From positions 3,759-67,758 of the forward strand of contig DASRJW010000024.1 of assembly GCA_035649275.1 (NCBI GenBank): a stretch of 64,000 nucleotides of DNA, in the 5' to 3' direction. The first letter of the stretch is position 1, and the number at the start of each line of letters is the position of its first letter. The position numbers and the translations under genes were made by a program. Below, one piece after another: positions 10,335 to 26,275 of this stretch. Source of the stretch: Candidatus Krumholzibacteriia bacterium (lineage in GTDB: Bacteria > Krumholzibacteriota > Krumholzibacteriia > G020349025). The notes beneath the pieces are model-generated. The model did not search any database. It was not told the origin of the DNA and saw nothing but the letters and a program-made list of their open reading frames with translations.

Positions 10335-10806
10335 CCAGCATGCCAAGGGTCCCGGCACCGGGCACGACCACGAGCCGGAAACGTTCGATCGCGAGATCAG
10401 CGTCCGGCCTCTCGTCGCCTTCGCCGTCGGTCTCGTGGTGGTCATCATCGTTTCCGGTGTGGCCATGTGGGGACTCTCGGTGTTGCTCAAGGCGCGCGAG
10501 GAAGCCCAGGACCGGCCGCTCTCGCCGGTGGTGCAGCGCGAGGGCGCGCCCCCGGTGCCGGAGCCGCATCTGCAGACGACGCCGGAGCTGGATCTCAAGG
10601 CGATGCGGGCCCACGAGGATTCGCTCCTGCACTCCTACGCCTGGGTGGACCGGAATGCCGGCGTCGCCCGCATCCCGTTGGAGCGCGCCATGGAGCTTTT
10701 GGTGCAGCAGGGCTTGCCGACGCGAGCCGAGCCTCTGCCCTGGACGCGGCCCGGCACCTGGCGTGATCAGAGCCTGCAACGGCTGGCGCGGGAGGGTGGG
10801 CCGTGA
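10327..10806 (+). CDS. Small single-TM membrane protein in the act operon (possible ActG)
   Basis: 159 aa with one TM helix (LVAFAVGLVVVIIVSGVAMWGLSVLL). It overlaps both actF and sco by 4-8 nt. The name is inferred only from position. Confidence 0.5.
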   Translation: MSDQHAKGPGTGHDHEPETFDREISVRPLVAFAVGLVVVIIVSGVAMWGLSVLLKAREEAQDRPLSPVVQREGAPPVPEPHLQTTPELDLKAMRAHEDSLLHSYAWVDRNAGVARIPLERAMELLVQQGLPTRAEPLPWTRPGTWRDQSLQRLAREGGP

Positions 10807-11696
10807 AGCGCCTCGTTCTCGCTTGCCTCCTCCTTGGTTGGGCCGTCGCGGCGGCGGGCCAGCCCGGCGTCCCGGCGTCCCGGCAACCGGGCGCGGCGGC
10901 ACCGAGCCCGAGCGCCGGCACCTCGGCGTCGAGCCCGAGCGCTGCCGCCGCCAACCAGAGCGGCTTGCCCCGGGCGCTGCGCGAGGTGGGCTTCGACCAG
11001 AAGATAGGGACGATGCTGCCGCTGCAGTTGCGTTTCCGCGATGAAACCGGCGCCACGGTGGAGCTGGGCAGCTTCTTCGGCCAGCGCCCGGTGCTCCTCT
11101 CTCTCGTCTACTACGAGTGCCCCATGCTCTGCTCCATGGCGCTCAACGGCCTGGTCTCGAGCTTGCGGGCCTTGAACATGGAACCCGGGCGTGACTTCGA
11201 GATCGTCACCGTGTCCTTCGATTCCACCGAAGGTCCCGCGCTGGCGGCGGCGAAGAAGGCGAAGTACTTGGAGGAATACCACCGTCCCGGAGCGGCGGCG
11301 TCCTGGCATTTCCTCACCGGCGAGGGGCCGGCGATCCGGGGACTCACCGAGAGCGTGGGCTTCCGCTACACCTGGGACGAGCCGACCAAGCAGTTCGCCC
11401 ATGCGAGCGGCCTCATCGTCACCACGCCGGCGGGTGAGCTGGCGCGCTATTTCTTCGGCATCGAGTACGCACCACGCGACCTGCGGCTGGGTCTGGTGGA
11501 GGCGTCGAAGGGCAAGCTGGGCAACGTCGTCGATCAGGCGCTGCTCTACTGCTTCCGCTATGACCCGGAGTCGGGGACGTACGCCGCGGCGGCGCTCAAC
11601 CTGGTGCGCGCCGGCGGCGTGGTCACGGTGATCTTGATCGCGGTGTTCATCTTGTGGATGCGACGGCAGGAGCGCCGGCGCCTGCTCCCGAGCTGA
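10803..11696 (+). CDS. sco: SCO1/SenC family copper chaperone (thioredoxin-like)
   Basis: CPMLC (CxxxC) copper-binding motif in a thioredoxin-fold context (LVYYECPMLCSMALNGL), a signal/TM N-terminus and a C-terminal TM. It sits between the act and cox genes. Confidence 0.8.
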   Translation: MKRLVLACLLLGWAVAAAGQPGVPASRQPGAAAPSPSAGTSASSPSAAAANQSGLPRALREVGFDQKIGTMLPLQLRFRDETGATVELGSFFGQRPVLLSLVYYECPMLCSMALNGLVSSLRALNMEPGRDFEIVTVSFDSTEGPALAAAKKAKYLEEYHRPGAAASWHFLTGEGPAIRGLTESVGFRYTWDEPTKQFAHASGLIVTTPAGELARYFFGIEYAPRDLRLGLVEASKGKLGNVVDQALLYCFRYDPESGTYAAAALNLVRAGGVVTVILIAVFILWMRRQERRRLLPS

Positions 11697-11716
11697 CGGA
11701 GGACCCGAGCGACACC

Positions 11717-12649
11717 ATGTCGAAAGCACCCTTCATGCCCCCGCAGGGGTCCAGCTTTGCCGGGCAGGTCGATCTCCTCTACCTCTTCCTGGTGGCGATC
11801 AGCCTGTTCTTCTCGCTCCTCATCGCCGGCCTCATCGTCTACCTCGCGGTGCGCTACAAGCGCCGGTCGCCGCGGGACATCGGCGTCCCGATTCATGGCT
11901 CGGGGGTGCTGGAGATCGCCTGGTCGGTGATCCCGCTCGTCATCATGCTGGGTTCCTTCGTCTGGGGCACGATGTTGTTCTTCCACCTCTCCCGGCCGCC
12001 GGCGGACGCGGTGGAGTACTTCGCCGTCGGCAAGCAGTGGATGTGGAAGTTCCAGCATCCCGACGGCACCCGGGAGATCAACACCTTGCACCTGCCCGTG
12101 GGGCAGCCGGTGAAGGTCACATTGACCTCGGAGGACGTGATCCACGACCTCTTCGTCCCGGCCTTCCGGGTCAAGATGGACGTCCTCCCGGCGCGCTACA
12201 GCACCATCTGGTTCCAGCCCGTTCGCGTCGGTACCTACCATCTCTTCTGCGCCGAATACTGCGGCGCCGAGCATTCGCGCATGGGCGGCTGGATCGTGGT
12301 GCAGGAGCCCGAGGACTACGAGCGCTGGCTGGCGGGGGAGCGCGGCCAGGAGAACCGGCTCGCCAGCCCGGAGGACCTCTTCAAGCGCTTCGCCTGCGAG
12401 TCGTGCCACCGCACCGACTCGGTGGCGCGTGCGCCCCAGCTGGCGGGTCTGTTCGGCAAGCAAGTGCGCTTCAAGGACGGCAGTGCCATCGTGGCCGACG
12501 ACAACTACATCCTGGAGTCGATCCTCAAGCCGAACGAGAAGATCGTCGCCGGGTATCAACCGATCATGCCCACGTTCCAGGGCCAGATGAGCCAGGAGGA
12601 AGCGCTCGCTCTCGTGCGCTACGTCCGTGGGCTCGAAGCGGGGAAGTGA
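11717..12649 (+). CDS. coxB: Cytochrome c oxidase subunit II, caa3-type with a fused C-terminal cytochrome c domain
   Basis: CuA motif [15 protein letters not shown] plus the heme c motif CESCH. The start is taken at MSKAPFM; the track ORF starts earlier, at 11654. Confidence 0.85.
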   Translation: MSKAPFMPPQGSSFAGQVDLLYLFLVAISLFFSLLIAGLIVYLAVRYKRRSPRDIGVPIHGSGVLEIAWSVIPLVIMLGSFVWGTMLFFHLSRPPADAVEYFAVGKQWMWKFQHPDGTREINTLHLPVGQPVKVTLTSEDVIHDLFVPAFRVKMDVLPARYSTIWFQPVRVGTYHLFCAEYCGAEHSRMGGWIVVQEPEDYERWLAGERGQENRLASPEDLFKRFACESCHRTDSVARAPQLAGLFGKQVRFKDGSAIVADDNYILESILKPNEKIVAGYQPIMPTFQGQMSQEEALALVRYVRGLEAGK

Positions 12650-14270
12650 GATGCCCTCCACCGAGCGCGCCGTCCTCGAGACCGAGGACTACATCAATGC
12701 CGATTACAACATCAAATCGTGGCTGCTGACCACGGATCACAAGCGCATCGCCGTGCTCTATCTGATCTCGGTGACGCTGTTCTTCCTCATCGGCGGCCTC
12801 TTCGCCGTCCTCATCCGTCTGGAGCTGCTGACGCCGCAGGGCGATCTGATGCAGTCGGACACCTACAACCGCGTCTTCACCATGCACGGCGTGACGATGG
12901 TGTTCTTCTTCCTCATCCCCTCCATCCCCACGGTGCTAGGCAACTTCCTCGTGCCCATGATGGTGGGGGCCCGGGATCTGGCCTTCCCCAAAGTGAACCT
13001 GGCTAGCTGGTACGTGTTCAACCTGGCCGGGGTCTTCACCCTCTACGCTATGTTCGCCGGCGGCGTGGACACGGGCTGGACCTTCTACACGCCCTACAGC
13101 ACCACCTACTCCAACACCCACGTGGTGGCCACCGGGCTCGGCGTCTTCATCGCCGGTTTCTCCTCCATCATGACCGGCCTCAACTTCATCGTCACCATCC
13201 ACCGCATGCGGGCGCCGGGGCTCACCTGGTTCCGCCTGCCCCTCTTCCTCTGGGCGCATTACGCCACCAGCCTAGTGATGATCCTGGGTACACCGGTGAT
13301 CGCGATCACCACCCTGCTGCTGGCAGTGGAGCGGGGTTTCAAGATCGGCATCTTCGACCCCAATCTGGGCGGCGACCCGGTGCTCTTCCAGCACCTGTTC
13401 TGGTTCTACTCGCACCCGGCGGTGTACATCATGGTGCTCCCGGCCATGGGTGTGATCAGCGAGCTCATCGCCGCTTTCGCGCGCAAGCCCGTCTTCGGCT
13501 ACAAGATCGTCGCCGCGTCGAGCATGTCCATCGCCATCCTCGGCTTCCTGGTCTGGGGCCACCACATGTTCGTGAGCGGCCAGTCGGTGTACGCCGCCAC
13601 GGTGTTCTCCGTCCTCAGCATGCTGGTGGCGGTGCCGTCGGCGGTGAAGGTGTTCAACTGGACAGCGACGCTGTACAAGGGCTCGGTCTCTTTCGAAACC
13701 CCCATGCTCTACGCCCTGGGTTTCATCGGCCTCTTCACCGTGGGCGGGTTGACCGGGGTGATGCTGGCGACGCTCGGGCTCGACGTGCACGTGCACGACA
13801 CCTACTTCGTGGTGGCGCATTTCCACTACATCATGGTGGGCGGCACGATCATGGCGTACCTGGGGGGGCTGCACTTCTGGTGGCCGAAGATGTCCGGACG
13901 CCTGTATCCGCAGTTCTGGTCCAGGCTCTCGGCGCTCATCATCTTCGTCGGCTTCAACCTCACCTTCTTCCCCCAATTCCTCCTCGGCTACATGGGGATG
14001 CCACGGCGCTACCACGTCTATCCCGAGGAGTTTCAAGTGCTGCACGTGCTCTCCAGCGCCGGCGCCTCCATCCTGGGGGTGGGCTACATCCTGCCGGTGT
14101 TCTATCTCACCTGGTCGATGCGCTACGGGCCGCGGGCCTCGGCCAATCCCTGGGGGGCCACGGGGCTCGAGTGGCAAACGTCGTCGCCGCCGCCGACGCA
14201 CAACTTCCTGGAGACCCCGGTGGTGACCACGGACGCGTACCACTACAGCGAAGAGGTGACCGTTGGCTAA
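12627..14270 (+). CDS. coxA: Cytochrome c oxidase subunit I
   Basis: Canonical heme-copper oxidase subunit I sequence ([24 protein letters not shown]; [17 protein letters not shown]). 547 aa. Confidence 0.92.
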   Translation: MGSKRGSEMPSTERAVLETEDYINADYNIKSWLLTTDHKRIAVLYLISVTLFFLIGGLFAVLIRLELLTPQGDLMQSDTYNRVFTMHGVTMVFFFLIPSIPTVLGNFLVPMMVGARDLAFPKVNLASWYVFNLAGVFTLYAMFAGGVDTGWTFYTPYSTTYSNTHVVATGLGVFIAGFSSIMTGLNFIVTIHRMRAPGLTWFRLPLFLWAHYATSLVMILGTPVIAITTLLLAVERGFKIGIFDPNLGGDPVLFQHLFWFYSHPAVYIMVLPAMGVISELIAAFARKPVFGYKIVAASSMSIAILGFLVWGHHMFVSGQSVYAATVFSVLSMLVAVPSAVKVFNWTATLYKGSVSFETPMLYALGFIGLFTVGGLTGVMLATLGLDVHVHDTYFVVAHFHYIMVGGTIMAYLGGLHFWWPKMSGRLYPQFWSRLSALIIFVGFNLTFFPQFLLGYMGMPRRYHVYPEEFQVLHVLSSAGASILGVGYILPVFYLTWSMRYGPRASANPWGATGLEWQTSSPPPTHNFLETPVVTTDAYHYSEEVTVG

Positions 14271-14919
14271 CCCGCAACCCCTGCTGGCAACTCATTTCGA
14301 CACCCTGGATCAGCAGCGGGAATCCGCTTCGCTGGGGATGTGGGTGTTCCTGATCACCGAAGTCATGTTCTTCGGCGGCCTCTTCACCGCCTACATCGTC
14401 TATCGCTCGCGGCTGCACGGTCTCTTCGACTACGGCAGCCACGAGCTGAACGTCACGCTCGGCGCCATCAACACCATCGTGCTCATCTGCAGCAGCCTCA
14501 CCATGGCCATCGCCGTCCGCGCCTCACAGCTGGGCGATCGGCGCACCCTGGTGCGCTTCCTCGTCCTTACCATGCTCCTGGGGTTGACCTTCCTCGGGAT
14601 CAAGGCGGTGGAGTATCAGGAGAAGTTCGTGCACCACCTGGTGCCCGGGCCGCACTTCCAGTGGCACGGCCCGCAGCCCCGGCAGATCGAGATGTTCTTC
14701 TCCTTGTACTTCGCCATGACCGGACTGCACGCGCTGCACATGATCGTGGGGGTAGGGCTCATCCTCTGGCTGCTGCCGCGGTCGGCGAAGGGGTTCTACG
14801 GCCCGGACTACCACCACCCCATCGAGTGCTTCGGCCTCTACTGGCACTTCGTCGACATCGTCTGGATCTTCCTGTTCCCGCTGCTCTATCTGCTCGGGCG
14901 CAGTCACTTCGTGGGCTAA
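14263..14919 (+). CDS. coxC: Cytochrome c oxidase subunit III
   Basis: Subunit III-like polytopic protein ([27 protein letters not shown]). Confidence 0.85.
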   Translation: MANPQPLLATHFDTLDQQRESASLGMWVFLITEVMFFGGLFTAYIVYRSRLHGLFDYGSHELNVTLGAINTIVLICSSLTMAIAVRASQLGDRRTLVRFLVLTMLLGLTFLGIKAVEYQEKFVHHLVPGPHFQWHGPQPRQIEMFFSLYFAMTGLHALHMIVGVGLILWLLPRSAKGFYGPDYHHPIECFGLYWHFVDIVWIFLFPLLYLLGRSHFVG

Positions 14920-14931
14920 GGAGACTCGGGA

Positions 14932-15224
14932 TGCACATCAGTCCGTTGCGCGTCTACGCCCTCGTCTTCGCCGCCCTCCTGGTGGGCACGCTCACCACGG
15001 TGGCCGTGGCCTTCCAGCACCTGGGGCCCTTCAACGACATCGTCGCCCTCACCATCGCGGTGACCAAGATGACGTTGGTGGTCCTCTTCTTCATGCACGC
15101 CAAGTACAGCACGCGGCTGACCAAGATCGTCGTCGCCAGCGGCTTCGCCTGGCTCCTCTTCCTGATCGCCTTCACCCTGAGCGATTACTTGACCCGCGGC
15201 TGGCTCGGCGTGCCGGGGAAATAG
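14932..15224 (+). CDS. coxD: Cytochrome c oxidase subunit IV (caa3-type small subunit)
   Basis: 97-aa three-TM protein directly after coxC. The ATG at 14932 is preceded by GGAGAC. The track ORF 14340..15224 is a frame-extension artefact. Confidence 0.65.
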
Positions 15225-15276
15225 CCACGATCGCGGCGGGAAAGTGGAGAGTCCTGCTCCTGTCCGGTGCGCCGTC

Positions 15277-16206
15277 TCACAGCTTCCGGAGGAACTCGAG
15301 GAGCTTCTGCCGCTGATTGGAGTCGAGGGCGAGGAACTTGTCCCGGGCCTGCCGTCCGGCGCCGCCGTGGCGCCGGATGGCGTCCTCGATCGTCTTGCTC
15401 TTGCCGTCGTGCATGAACGTCTGCTGCAGGCGCAAGCCGACGAGGGGCTCCGAACGGAAGTGCACTTCCTTGGCGGAGCCGACGCAGATGTCCTCGACGG
15501 CTTCCAGGTTGTACATGAGCACGTCCGAGTAGATCGGCGGCGGGTGGCACTCGGCGCAACCCACGCTCGCGAAGAGCTTCTTCTCCGTCTCGTACCCTTG
15601 GACCGGCGGGAGGCGGAGATTGCGGACGAACTGCACCGCCGCCTGCAGCTCCTCCCGCGAGAGCTCCTTCGGGACCTCGATGCCTTGCTCTTCGAAGAAG
15701 GCGACCTCCACGAATTCTTCCAGCGACGGCACCTGAGCCTTGCGGCCGAAACGGCCGATGCGGTCGTCCGCCAGGAAGTTGACGAAGCCACCGACGCCGT
15801 TCCCGTCCGGATCCCCCGCCCGGGCGCGGATCTCTTCGTCGGTCAGGGCATCGATCATCCCGGAAGCGAAGAGGTCGTTCGAGCTCCGGCTGGCGGCCGA
15901 GTCGGGCGGCACTTCGGGACGCAAGCCGGGGGCGGCGAAGACCTTGAAGATCCGGAGGCCTGCGCACCCCGCGAGCTCCTCTTGGCGCTCCACTTCGTCG
16001 CCCGGCCCTCCGGCTCCCCCCTCTTCGTGGCACTCGAGGCAGGAAGGGGCATTCCAGCGTGGTCCGAGCCCGGTCTTCAGGTTGAACTTCCGGGAGAAGA
16101 CTTCCTCTCCGTTCGGAGGACCTGGCGGCTTCGGCCCGCCGCAGGCCTGCGGCCCGAGCCCGGCAAGAATGACGAGCGCGAGAAGAGTGGCTCGAGTTCT
16201 CTTCAC
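15277..16206 (-). CDS. Di-heme cytochrome c lipoprotein (cytochrome c peroxidase / MauG-like family)
   Basis: Lipobox LAGLGPQAC; two CxxCH motifs (CLECH, CAECH) spaced about 150 aa apart. Confidence 0.5.
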   Translation of the reverse strand: MKRTRATLLALVILAGLGPQACGGPKPPGPPNGEEVFSRKFNLKTGLGPRWNAPSCLECHEEGGAGGPGDEVERQEELAGCAGLRIFKVFAAPGLRPEVPPDSAASRSSNDLFASGMIDALTDEEIRARAGDPDGNGVGGFVNFLADDRIGRFGRKAQVPSLEEFVEVAFFEEQGIEVPKELSREELQAAVQFVRNLRLPPVQGYETEKKLFASVGCAECHPPPIYSDVLMYNLEAVEDICVGSAKEVHFRSEPLVGLRLQQTFMHDGKSKTIEDAIRRHGGAGRQARDKFLALDSNQRQKLLEFLRKL

Positions 16207-16406
16207 GTCTCGCTCCCGGGTACAGGCACCGCACGCGACACGACGGCGTCACTTCCCGTGTACCTGGGACGAGGGGGAGTTGGCAAGAGTTACTTGGGTT
16301 CGACAGCGTCGTTCGATATGCAGGGTCGGGGATTCTCCGAGGCGTGGCGAGTCGAGGTAGGACGTTCTCTGATCTTGCGTGCAGTCGACGAGCTCGGTGC
16401 TGTGAA

Positions 16407-18145
16407 TCAGCGTCTCGGTGCGTCGGCGCGCCGCGATCCACGGGCTTCGGCTCTTTCATAGAGCCTCGGATCACGAGGTGGCATGCCGCGGAGCAGATGC
16501 AGGCGTAGCTTGCCCGCACCCGCTTCGGGTACGTACCAGAGATCGATGGGACCTTCGCGCAGCGGTAGTAGGTGGAAGGCTGCCTCGGGGGCGCCGCGCT
16601 CGGCCGCCTCGGGGCTCGCCGGTGCCGGAAGCAGCTCCGCGTCGGGGCGCTGGATTTCCCGCAGGGGCCCTTCGTGGAGGAGCCAGTAGACCTCGGGCGA
16701 GACCTCGAAGGTGTCCGCCACCACGGTCGCTTGCTGTTCGCGGTAGTGGAGGAAAGGAGCGGGGCGGTGCGCATCGAATTGCACCACGTCGCGGCCTGGC
16801 GCGAGCACGCATGCGGCGCGGGTCATCGGGCCGCCCAGGACGAGGGTTTCATGCGCCAGGGGCCCGAGACCGTACAGGGCGGCTTGCAGCGGCGCGAAGT
16901 CCGTGTGCCGGGTGCGATCGAAGAAGAAGTCGGTCTTGGCGAAGAGCGCCTCACCGAGCCGTCGCGCTCCCGCCGGCAGACGATCCCACCAGGCATGCAA
17001 GGGGCTCCGGCCAGCCGCAGGTGCGGTGAGGTCCGCCAGTGCCGCGATGCCGAAGGCGGGCTCTGGCCGCGAAGCCGGCGTCGGTAGGAACACGAACAGG
17101 GCCAGGTCGAAGAGGAGCATCGCGACGGCCAGTCGGCGCCGCGCCTGCCACCCATGCTGCCATGCATCGAGAGCGAGCCAGAGACAGAGCGGCGGCCAGA
17201 GCGCGAGTGCATACCCCGTAGCCGGCATGCCGAGCAGCAGAGCGACGAGGCTGGGTGGGAGAATCCAGGTAACGAGAAAGGAAGAAGCGTAGCTCGCAGC
17301 TGCGGGCGCCGGCGGCGGGCTCGGAGCGTGGTGCCGCCGGAGGCGGGTGACGAGGGCCGCGATCCAGCGGGCGCCGCCAAGGCCGAAGAAGAGCGTCGCC
17401 AGGAGGAGGAGCAGTTGCTGCGCGAAGCTCAGCGGACCTTTCCAAAGGGGTGACTTCTCCAGCGCGGCTCGGGCCACCGCCGCGACGATCCGCGCGTAGT
17501 CGTCCAGGCCGCCTGCCAGCTGCGCTTGCGGCACCAGCCAGCACAAGAGACCGAGGAAAGCAGCGAGACCGGCCTCGGCCCAGCTGCGGCGCGAAAGCGC
17601 CAGGCGCCTTCCCGCCCAGACGAGGAGCGGGACGCCGATGACGAGCACCGTCGGCCGTAAGCCGGCGAGCAAGCCGGTCAGGTACGCCGCGGCGCGGAGC
17701 GAGGGCTTGCCGCGCTGGAGCGCGCGCCAAAGCAGCCAGGAGACCGCCACACCGGCCAGCGCCTCGTCGACGTAGGTACCCGTGGTCATGCCGTGGAAGA
17801 TCACGAGGGGGCTGGTGAGGAAGAGCAGCACCGCTGCCCGCGCCGTGGCGCGATCGGCGAGGTGCGCCGCCAGGCGATACAACAAGGCTGCCGTCACCGC
17901 GAGGACGAGGAGAGAGACGCAGCGCAGCGCCAGCAGCGGCCGCCCCGCCAGCACCTGCACGACCTCCGCGAGCCAGACGTGCAGGATGTAGCCCGGCGGT
18001 TGCGGCTGGTGCAGGCGCAGATCCTGGTGTTGCAACGCCAAGAGGAGAGGCACCGAGTCGAGGTGCACGACCTGGCGCGCCCCGGTGGCGGCGCAGACGC
18101 CCACGAAGGCGGCGAGAGCGGCCGGCAGAAAAAGATCCCGGCGCC

Positions 18146-18149
<4 letters not shown>
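16407..18149 (-). CDS. Polytopic membrane protein, putative ArnT/PMT-type (GT39/GT83-like) glycosyltransferase
   Basis: More than 10 predicted TM helices. The GTG start overlaps the upstream cyclase stop (GTGA). The track ORF 16407..18809 is over-extended into the upstream gene in another frame. Confidence 0.4.
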
Positions 18150-22846
<4,697 letters not shown>

Positions 22847-22850
<4 letters not shown>

Positions 22851-23929
22851 GGGTCGCCGCCATCGCCGTATTGCTGCCAGTCGTAGTAATAGCGGTCGCG
22901 GTCCGGGTCCCAGTCATCCCAGGTGGCCACTTGCTGCAACCGGGGCAGGCGCTCTGGCGGGACGACGCCGGGGACGACGAAGGCTTTCTGCCGTCGCAGC
23001 GGATAGGGATTGCGCAGCTCCAGGCCGAGAACACCGAGGACCGCCCGCGCCACGTACCACATGGCTTGCGGGTCCCAGCCGTGGGCCACCTTGATCACGA
23101 TGCCGAGCCCGTGCGGGAACTCCTGGTGCGCGATGGAGAGACCGAGAAGCCCATCGGCACCTTCCTTGGCGATGACGTGTCCTTCGCCCGCTTTCAGGAT
23201 TGTGCTGTCGAGACGATTGAAGCCACCGATCAGGTCGGGATGGCGCACCATCGCTTCCCAGATCCAATCTTCCTCGTGCGTCGAAGCCAGGCCGGCGAAG
23301 AGAATGGCGAGCTCGCTCACGGTGTTGGAGACCGTGGGCAGGCCGCAGCCGTCACGGGCCACCCGGAGGGGCGTCCAGTCGCGGCCGAGGAAACGCCGGA
23401 GTGTCTGCACGTAGGCCTGGAAGAGTGGATGCTGCGGCAGGGTGTAGCCGGCGCGGTTCCAGCCCAAGAGCCGGCAGGCGCGCAGGATGGCGGCGTGCTC
23501 GCCGGAGCAGGTGTTGTACCAGCGGCGCGGCCGCCGCACCTGCCGGCCGAACTGCAACAGCGGCACGTCGAGGGGCGTCTGCATGAGGCCCCACTCGTCC
23601 TCCGGGAGGAGCGACTGTGCAGCGGCCACGTGCTCCGCCGTGCCGTTGTGGCTGCTCACCGCGATCGCCTTCTGCGTCCAGGTGGTGTCCGGCGCCAGCG
23701 CCGCTGCCAGCGCTTTCATGAGCAGCGGTTTCATCATGCTGCGGCCGTAGCAGAGCACGTTGCCGCCGAAGGAATGCACGATCCGCTTGCCGCTCGCCCA
23801 GGCCACGGCGCCATGGATGGTGGTCTCGCTCACCCCGTGGCGCCGGTAGTCGAGGAGCGGCTCCCACTCGACGTCGCGCCCCGTGGGGATCCCGGCATCG
23901 CGCTCGCCGAGAGGCGAGCGCGGGTACAT
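22847..23929 (-). CDS. L-asparaginase II family (PF06089-like) protein
   Basis: Family-like segments (RSMMKPLLMKAL, GFNRLDSTILKAGEGHVIAKEGADGLLG). Start chosen at MYPRSPLG; the track ORF extends to 24097. Confidence 0.55.
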
Positions 23930-24093
23930 GGCCTCCCCCGGCCGGCCGTGACCCGGGAGATGGAGCTGCAGCGAACGGGTCGAGGAATCGCCGTCGATTG
24001 CGGGGCGAGACCGTTTCGTCTTTGCCGCGGACCCACGGTGGGTTCTGCGCTTCCCCGCGGCGCCGCCGCGGGCGCGTCGCTTGCTTGCTGCCT

Positions 24094-25350
24094 TCAATGC
24101 CGTTCTCCCGCGGCTCTGCGGCTCATGGCGTCGCTCACGCGCGGCGCCACGCGTGTCATGAAAGCTTCCATGTTGGCGACGACGCGAGGGCTGTCATGGT
24201 TGAAGAAGTCGAACCACAGCATGAGACGATCCTCGGGGTGGAAGCGGGCGAGGATCTGCTCCACCACGTCGTCGGCATTACCCACCACGGCATTGTCCGC
24301 CGCTACCTCCACCTTCGTCGGATCGAGGGTGCCTTCGAGGGCGGTCCAGTAGGCGGCCAAGGCGGTGCGGGCCTCGGCTCGCGCGGCGGCACGGCGTTCC
24401 TCCGGCGACAGTTGCGGCTGTTCGTTCAAGAAAACCATGAGGGTCCTCGGCATGTACCCGCGCCGCCACGGCCCCCCGTCTGGATGATACGCCTGCCCCA
24501 ACCTCCGGTGGGTGTCCTCGATCACCTCAGGGCGGGTGATGGAGAGGTTGAACACCTGCACCGGCAGGATGCGGTTGACCTCCTCTTGCAGGCGCGGGTC
24601 GTGGGAGCCGATCACCGGAACGCAGAGCTCGCGCCGCCACTCCTGCGGCACGATCTTGAGCGGCTCGAAGACGAAGCGCCGCTGCAGCGGGAGCGATTCC
24701 TTCCGCCCTCCGCCGGGCGCGGCCAGCGACAGCACCTTTTCCCACTCCGCCTCGGAGCGAAAATCGGCGCGGGAGAGCGAGGGCTCGGGCAGGTCGCTGC
24801 TCGAGAGGATGTCCCCGCGCAAGAGGCGCAGGAAGATCGTCGCCGCTTCGGCGAAGATCTTGCCTTTCACCGCGGGCCAGGCTGCGGCCTCGATGGCGTC
24901 ACGCGGCAGGATGCCGTAGGCCCGGTTCATGAAGTCGAAGCGTCCGGCGGCGAAGCCCACGTGGATGCGGCGGCGCTCCGCCGGGTCCAGGCCGTGCAGG
25001 CTGCAGAAGGCGGCGATGCGCTCCGCCGCCGCCACCGGACCGCCGTTGCACAGGATGTTCATCACCGCGCTGCCGGCCTCGATGCGGCGGGTGCGCCGGA
25101 AGATCTGCTGGGCCAGCTGCAGGAAATCGACGTTGAGACCCACCTCGCCGCGCCAGTGCGGGATCACCGGTTCGCGGTGGCGTTTCTGCACTTCGCTGGA
25201 GAGATGCGACTCGGCGATCCAGGCGGTGCCGAAGCCGAGGGCGTCTGCCGCCTCTACCTGGGCGAAGAAATTGCGAAACATCTCCGCCTCGTTGGGGAGG
25301 ACGTCCTCGACCGGGGTCTGGCTGATGGAGAAGAAGATGTCGAAGTCCAT
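24094..25350 (-). CDS. Luciferase-like (flavin-dependent) monooxygenase
   Basis: LLM fold starting at MDFDIFFSISQ. The 689-aa track ORF 24094..26163 fuses this with an upstream out-of-context Arg-rich extension. Confidence 0.65.
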   Translation of the reverse strand: MDFDIFFSISQTPVEDVLPNEAEMFRNFFAQVEAADALGFGTAWIAESHLSSEVQKRHREPVIPHWRGEVGLNVDFLQLAQQIFRRTRRIEAGSAVMNILCNGGPVAAAERIAAFCSLHGLDPAERRRIHVGFAAGRFDFMNRAYGILPRDAIEAAAWPAVKGKIFAEAATIFLRLLRGDILSSSDLPEPSLSRADFRSEAEWEKVLSLAAPGGGRKESLPLQRRFVFEPLKIVPQEWRRELCVPVIGSHDPRLQEEVNRILPVQVFNLSITRPEVIEDTHRRLGQAYHPDGGPWRRGYMPRTLMVFLNEQPQLSPEERRAAARAEARTALAAYWTALEGTLDPTKVEVAADNAVVGNADDVVEQILARFHPEDRLMLWFDFFNHDSPRVVANMEAFMTRVAPRVSDAMSRRAAGERH

Positions 25351-25355
25351 CGGCT

Positions 25356-26156
25356 CTAGATGCTCCGCAGTCGCCCGCCGTCCACGGGCAGGCTCGTACC
25401 GCGTACGAAGGATGCCGCCGGGGAGACGAGGAAGGCAATGGCGGCGGCGATCTCCTCGGGGCGACCCAGACGTTTCTCCGGCGCCATCTCGCGCCACTCC
25501 GCTTCGATCGCCTCGATACTGCGGCCGGTGCGTGCGGCGGTGCTGCGTGCCAGCTCCGCCAGGCGCTCCGTGGCCGTGTATCCCGGCAGCACATTGTTGA
25601 TGGTGACGCCCGGCGGCAGCTCCCGAGAGAGCGACTTGGCCCAGGAAGCCATGGCGGCGCGGATGGTGTTGCTGACGCCGAGGAGATCGATGGGCTCGCG
25701 CACCGAGGTGGAGAGGACGTTGACGATGCGCCCGTAGCCTGCTTCCCGCATCCCTGGCAGCAGGAGCTGCACCAGTCGATGGGCCGAGAGCACGTGGCGC
25801 CGGAAGGCGGCGAGGAGAGCCGCCGTGTCCGCTTCGACGAGCTTGCCCGCCGGCGGTCCGCCCGTGTTGTGCACGAGGATGTGGACGGGAGCGGCTTGCT
25901 GCAGCCAATCGCCGACGACGCGTTCGAAGCCCTCGATGTTTTCCAGATCGGCCACCAGCGAGGTCGCGCTGGCGGCTCCGGCGGCGCGTAGCTCGGGAAG
26001 CAGGGCTTCGAGCTTGGCTCCGTCTCGCGCCAACACGGTAATGCCGGCGCCCAGGCCGGCACATGCCAGTGCCGTGGCCCGGCCGATGCCGGCACTGGCA
26101 CCGCAGACGAGCGCCGAGCGCCCGGCGAGGCTGAAGGCGGGTGCGAGAGAAGGCAT
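25356..26156 (-). CDS. SDR family oxidoreductase
   Basis: Rossmann GxxxGxG (VCGASAGIGRA) and a YxxxK-type motif (NVLPGYTATERL). 266 aa. Confidence 0.8.
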   Translation of the reverse strand: MPSLAPAFSLAGRSALVCGASAGIGRATALACAGLGAGITVLARDGAKLEALLPELRAAGAASATSLVADLENIEGFERVVGDWLQQAAPVHILVHNTGGPPAGKLVEADTAALLAAFRRHVLSAHRLVQLLLPGMREAGYGRIVNVLSTSVREPIDLLGVSNTIRAAMASWAKSLSRELPPGVTINNVLPGYTATERLAELARSTAARTGRSIEAIEAEWREMAPEKRLGRPEEIAAAIAFLVSPAASFVRGTSLPVDGGRLRSI

Positions 26157-26275
26157 TCGACACTTCCTCCGCGGTGATGCTTCCTTCTAAAGGATGGTGC
26201 TGGCCCGGTCAACCGTTTCTAGCGGCTCCGGAGGCGATCTGCAATACTCGGACCTCCACCGTTCCAGGAGAGCCC

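Noticed and set aside
8934-10598. 554-aa ORF antisense to actE/actF
   Set aside because: Low-complexity composition and antisense to operon genes.
15185-16774. 529-aa ORF overlapping the diheme cytochrome gene and the intergenic region
   Set aside because: Arg/Pro/Ser-rich junk translation. The competing frame at 15277..16206 has a lipobox and two CxxCH motifs.
24899-26212. 437-aa ORF overlapping LLM and SDR in another frame
   Set aside because: Pro/Arg/Ser-rich; the LLM and SDR frames have Rossmann and LLM motifs.
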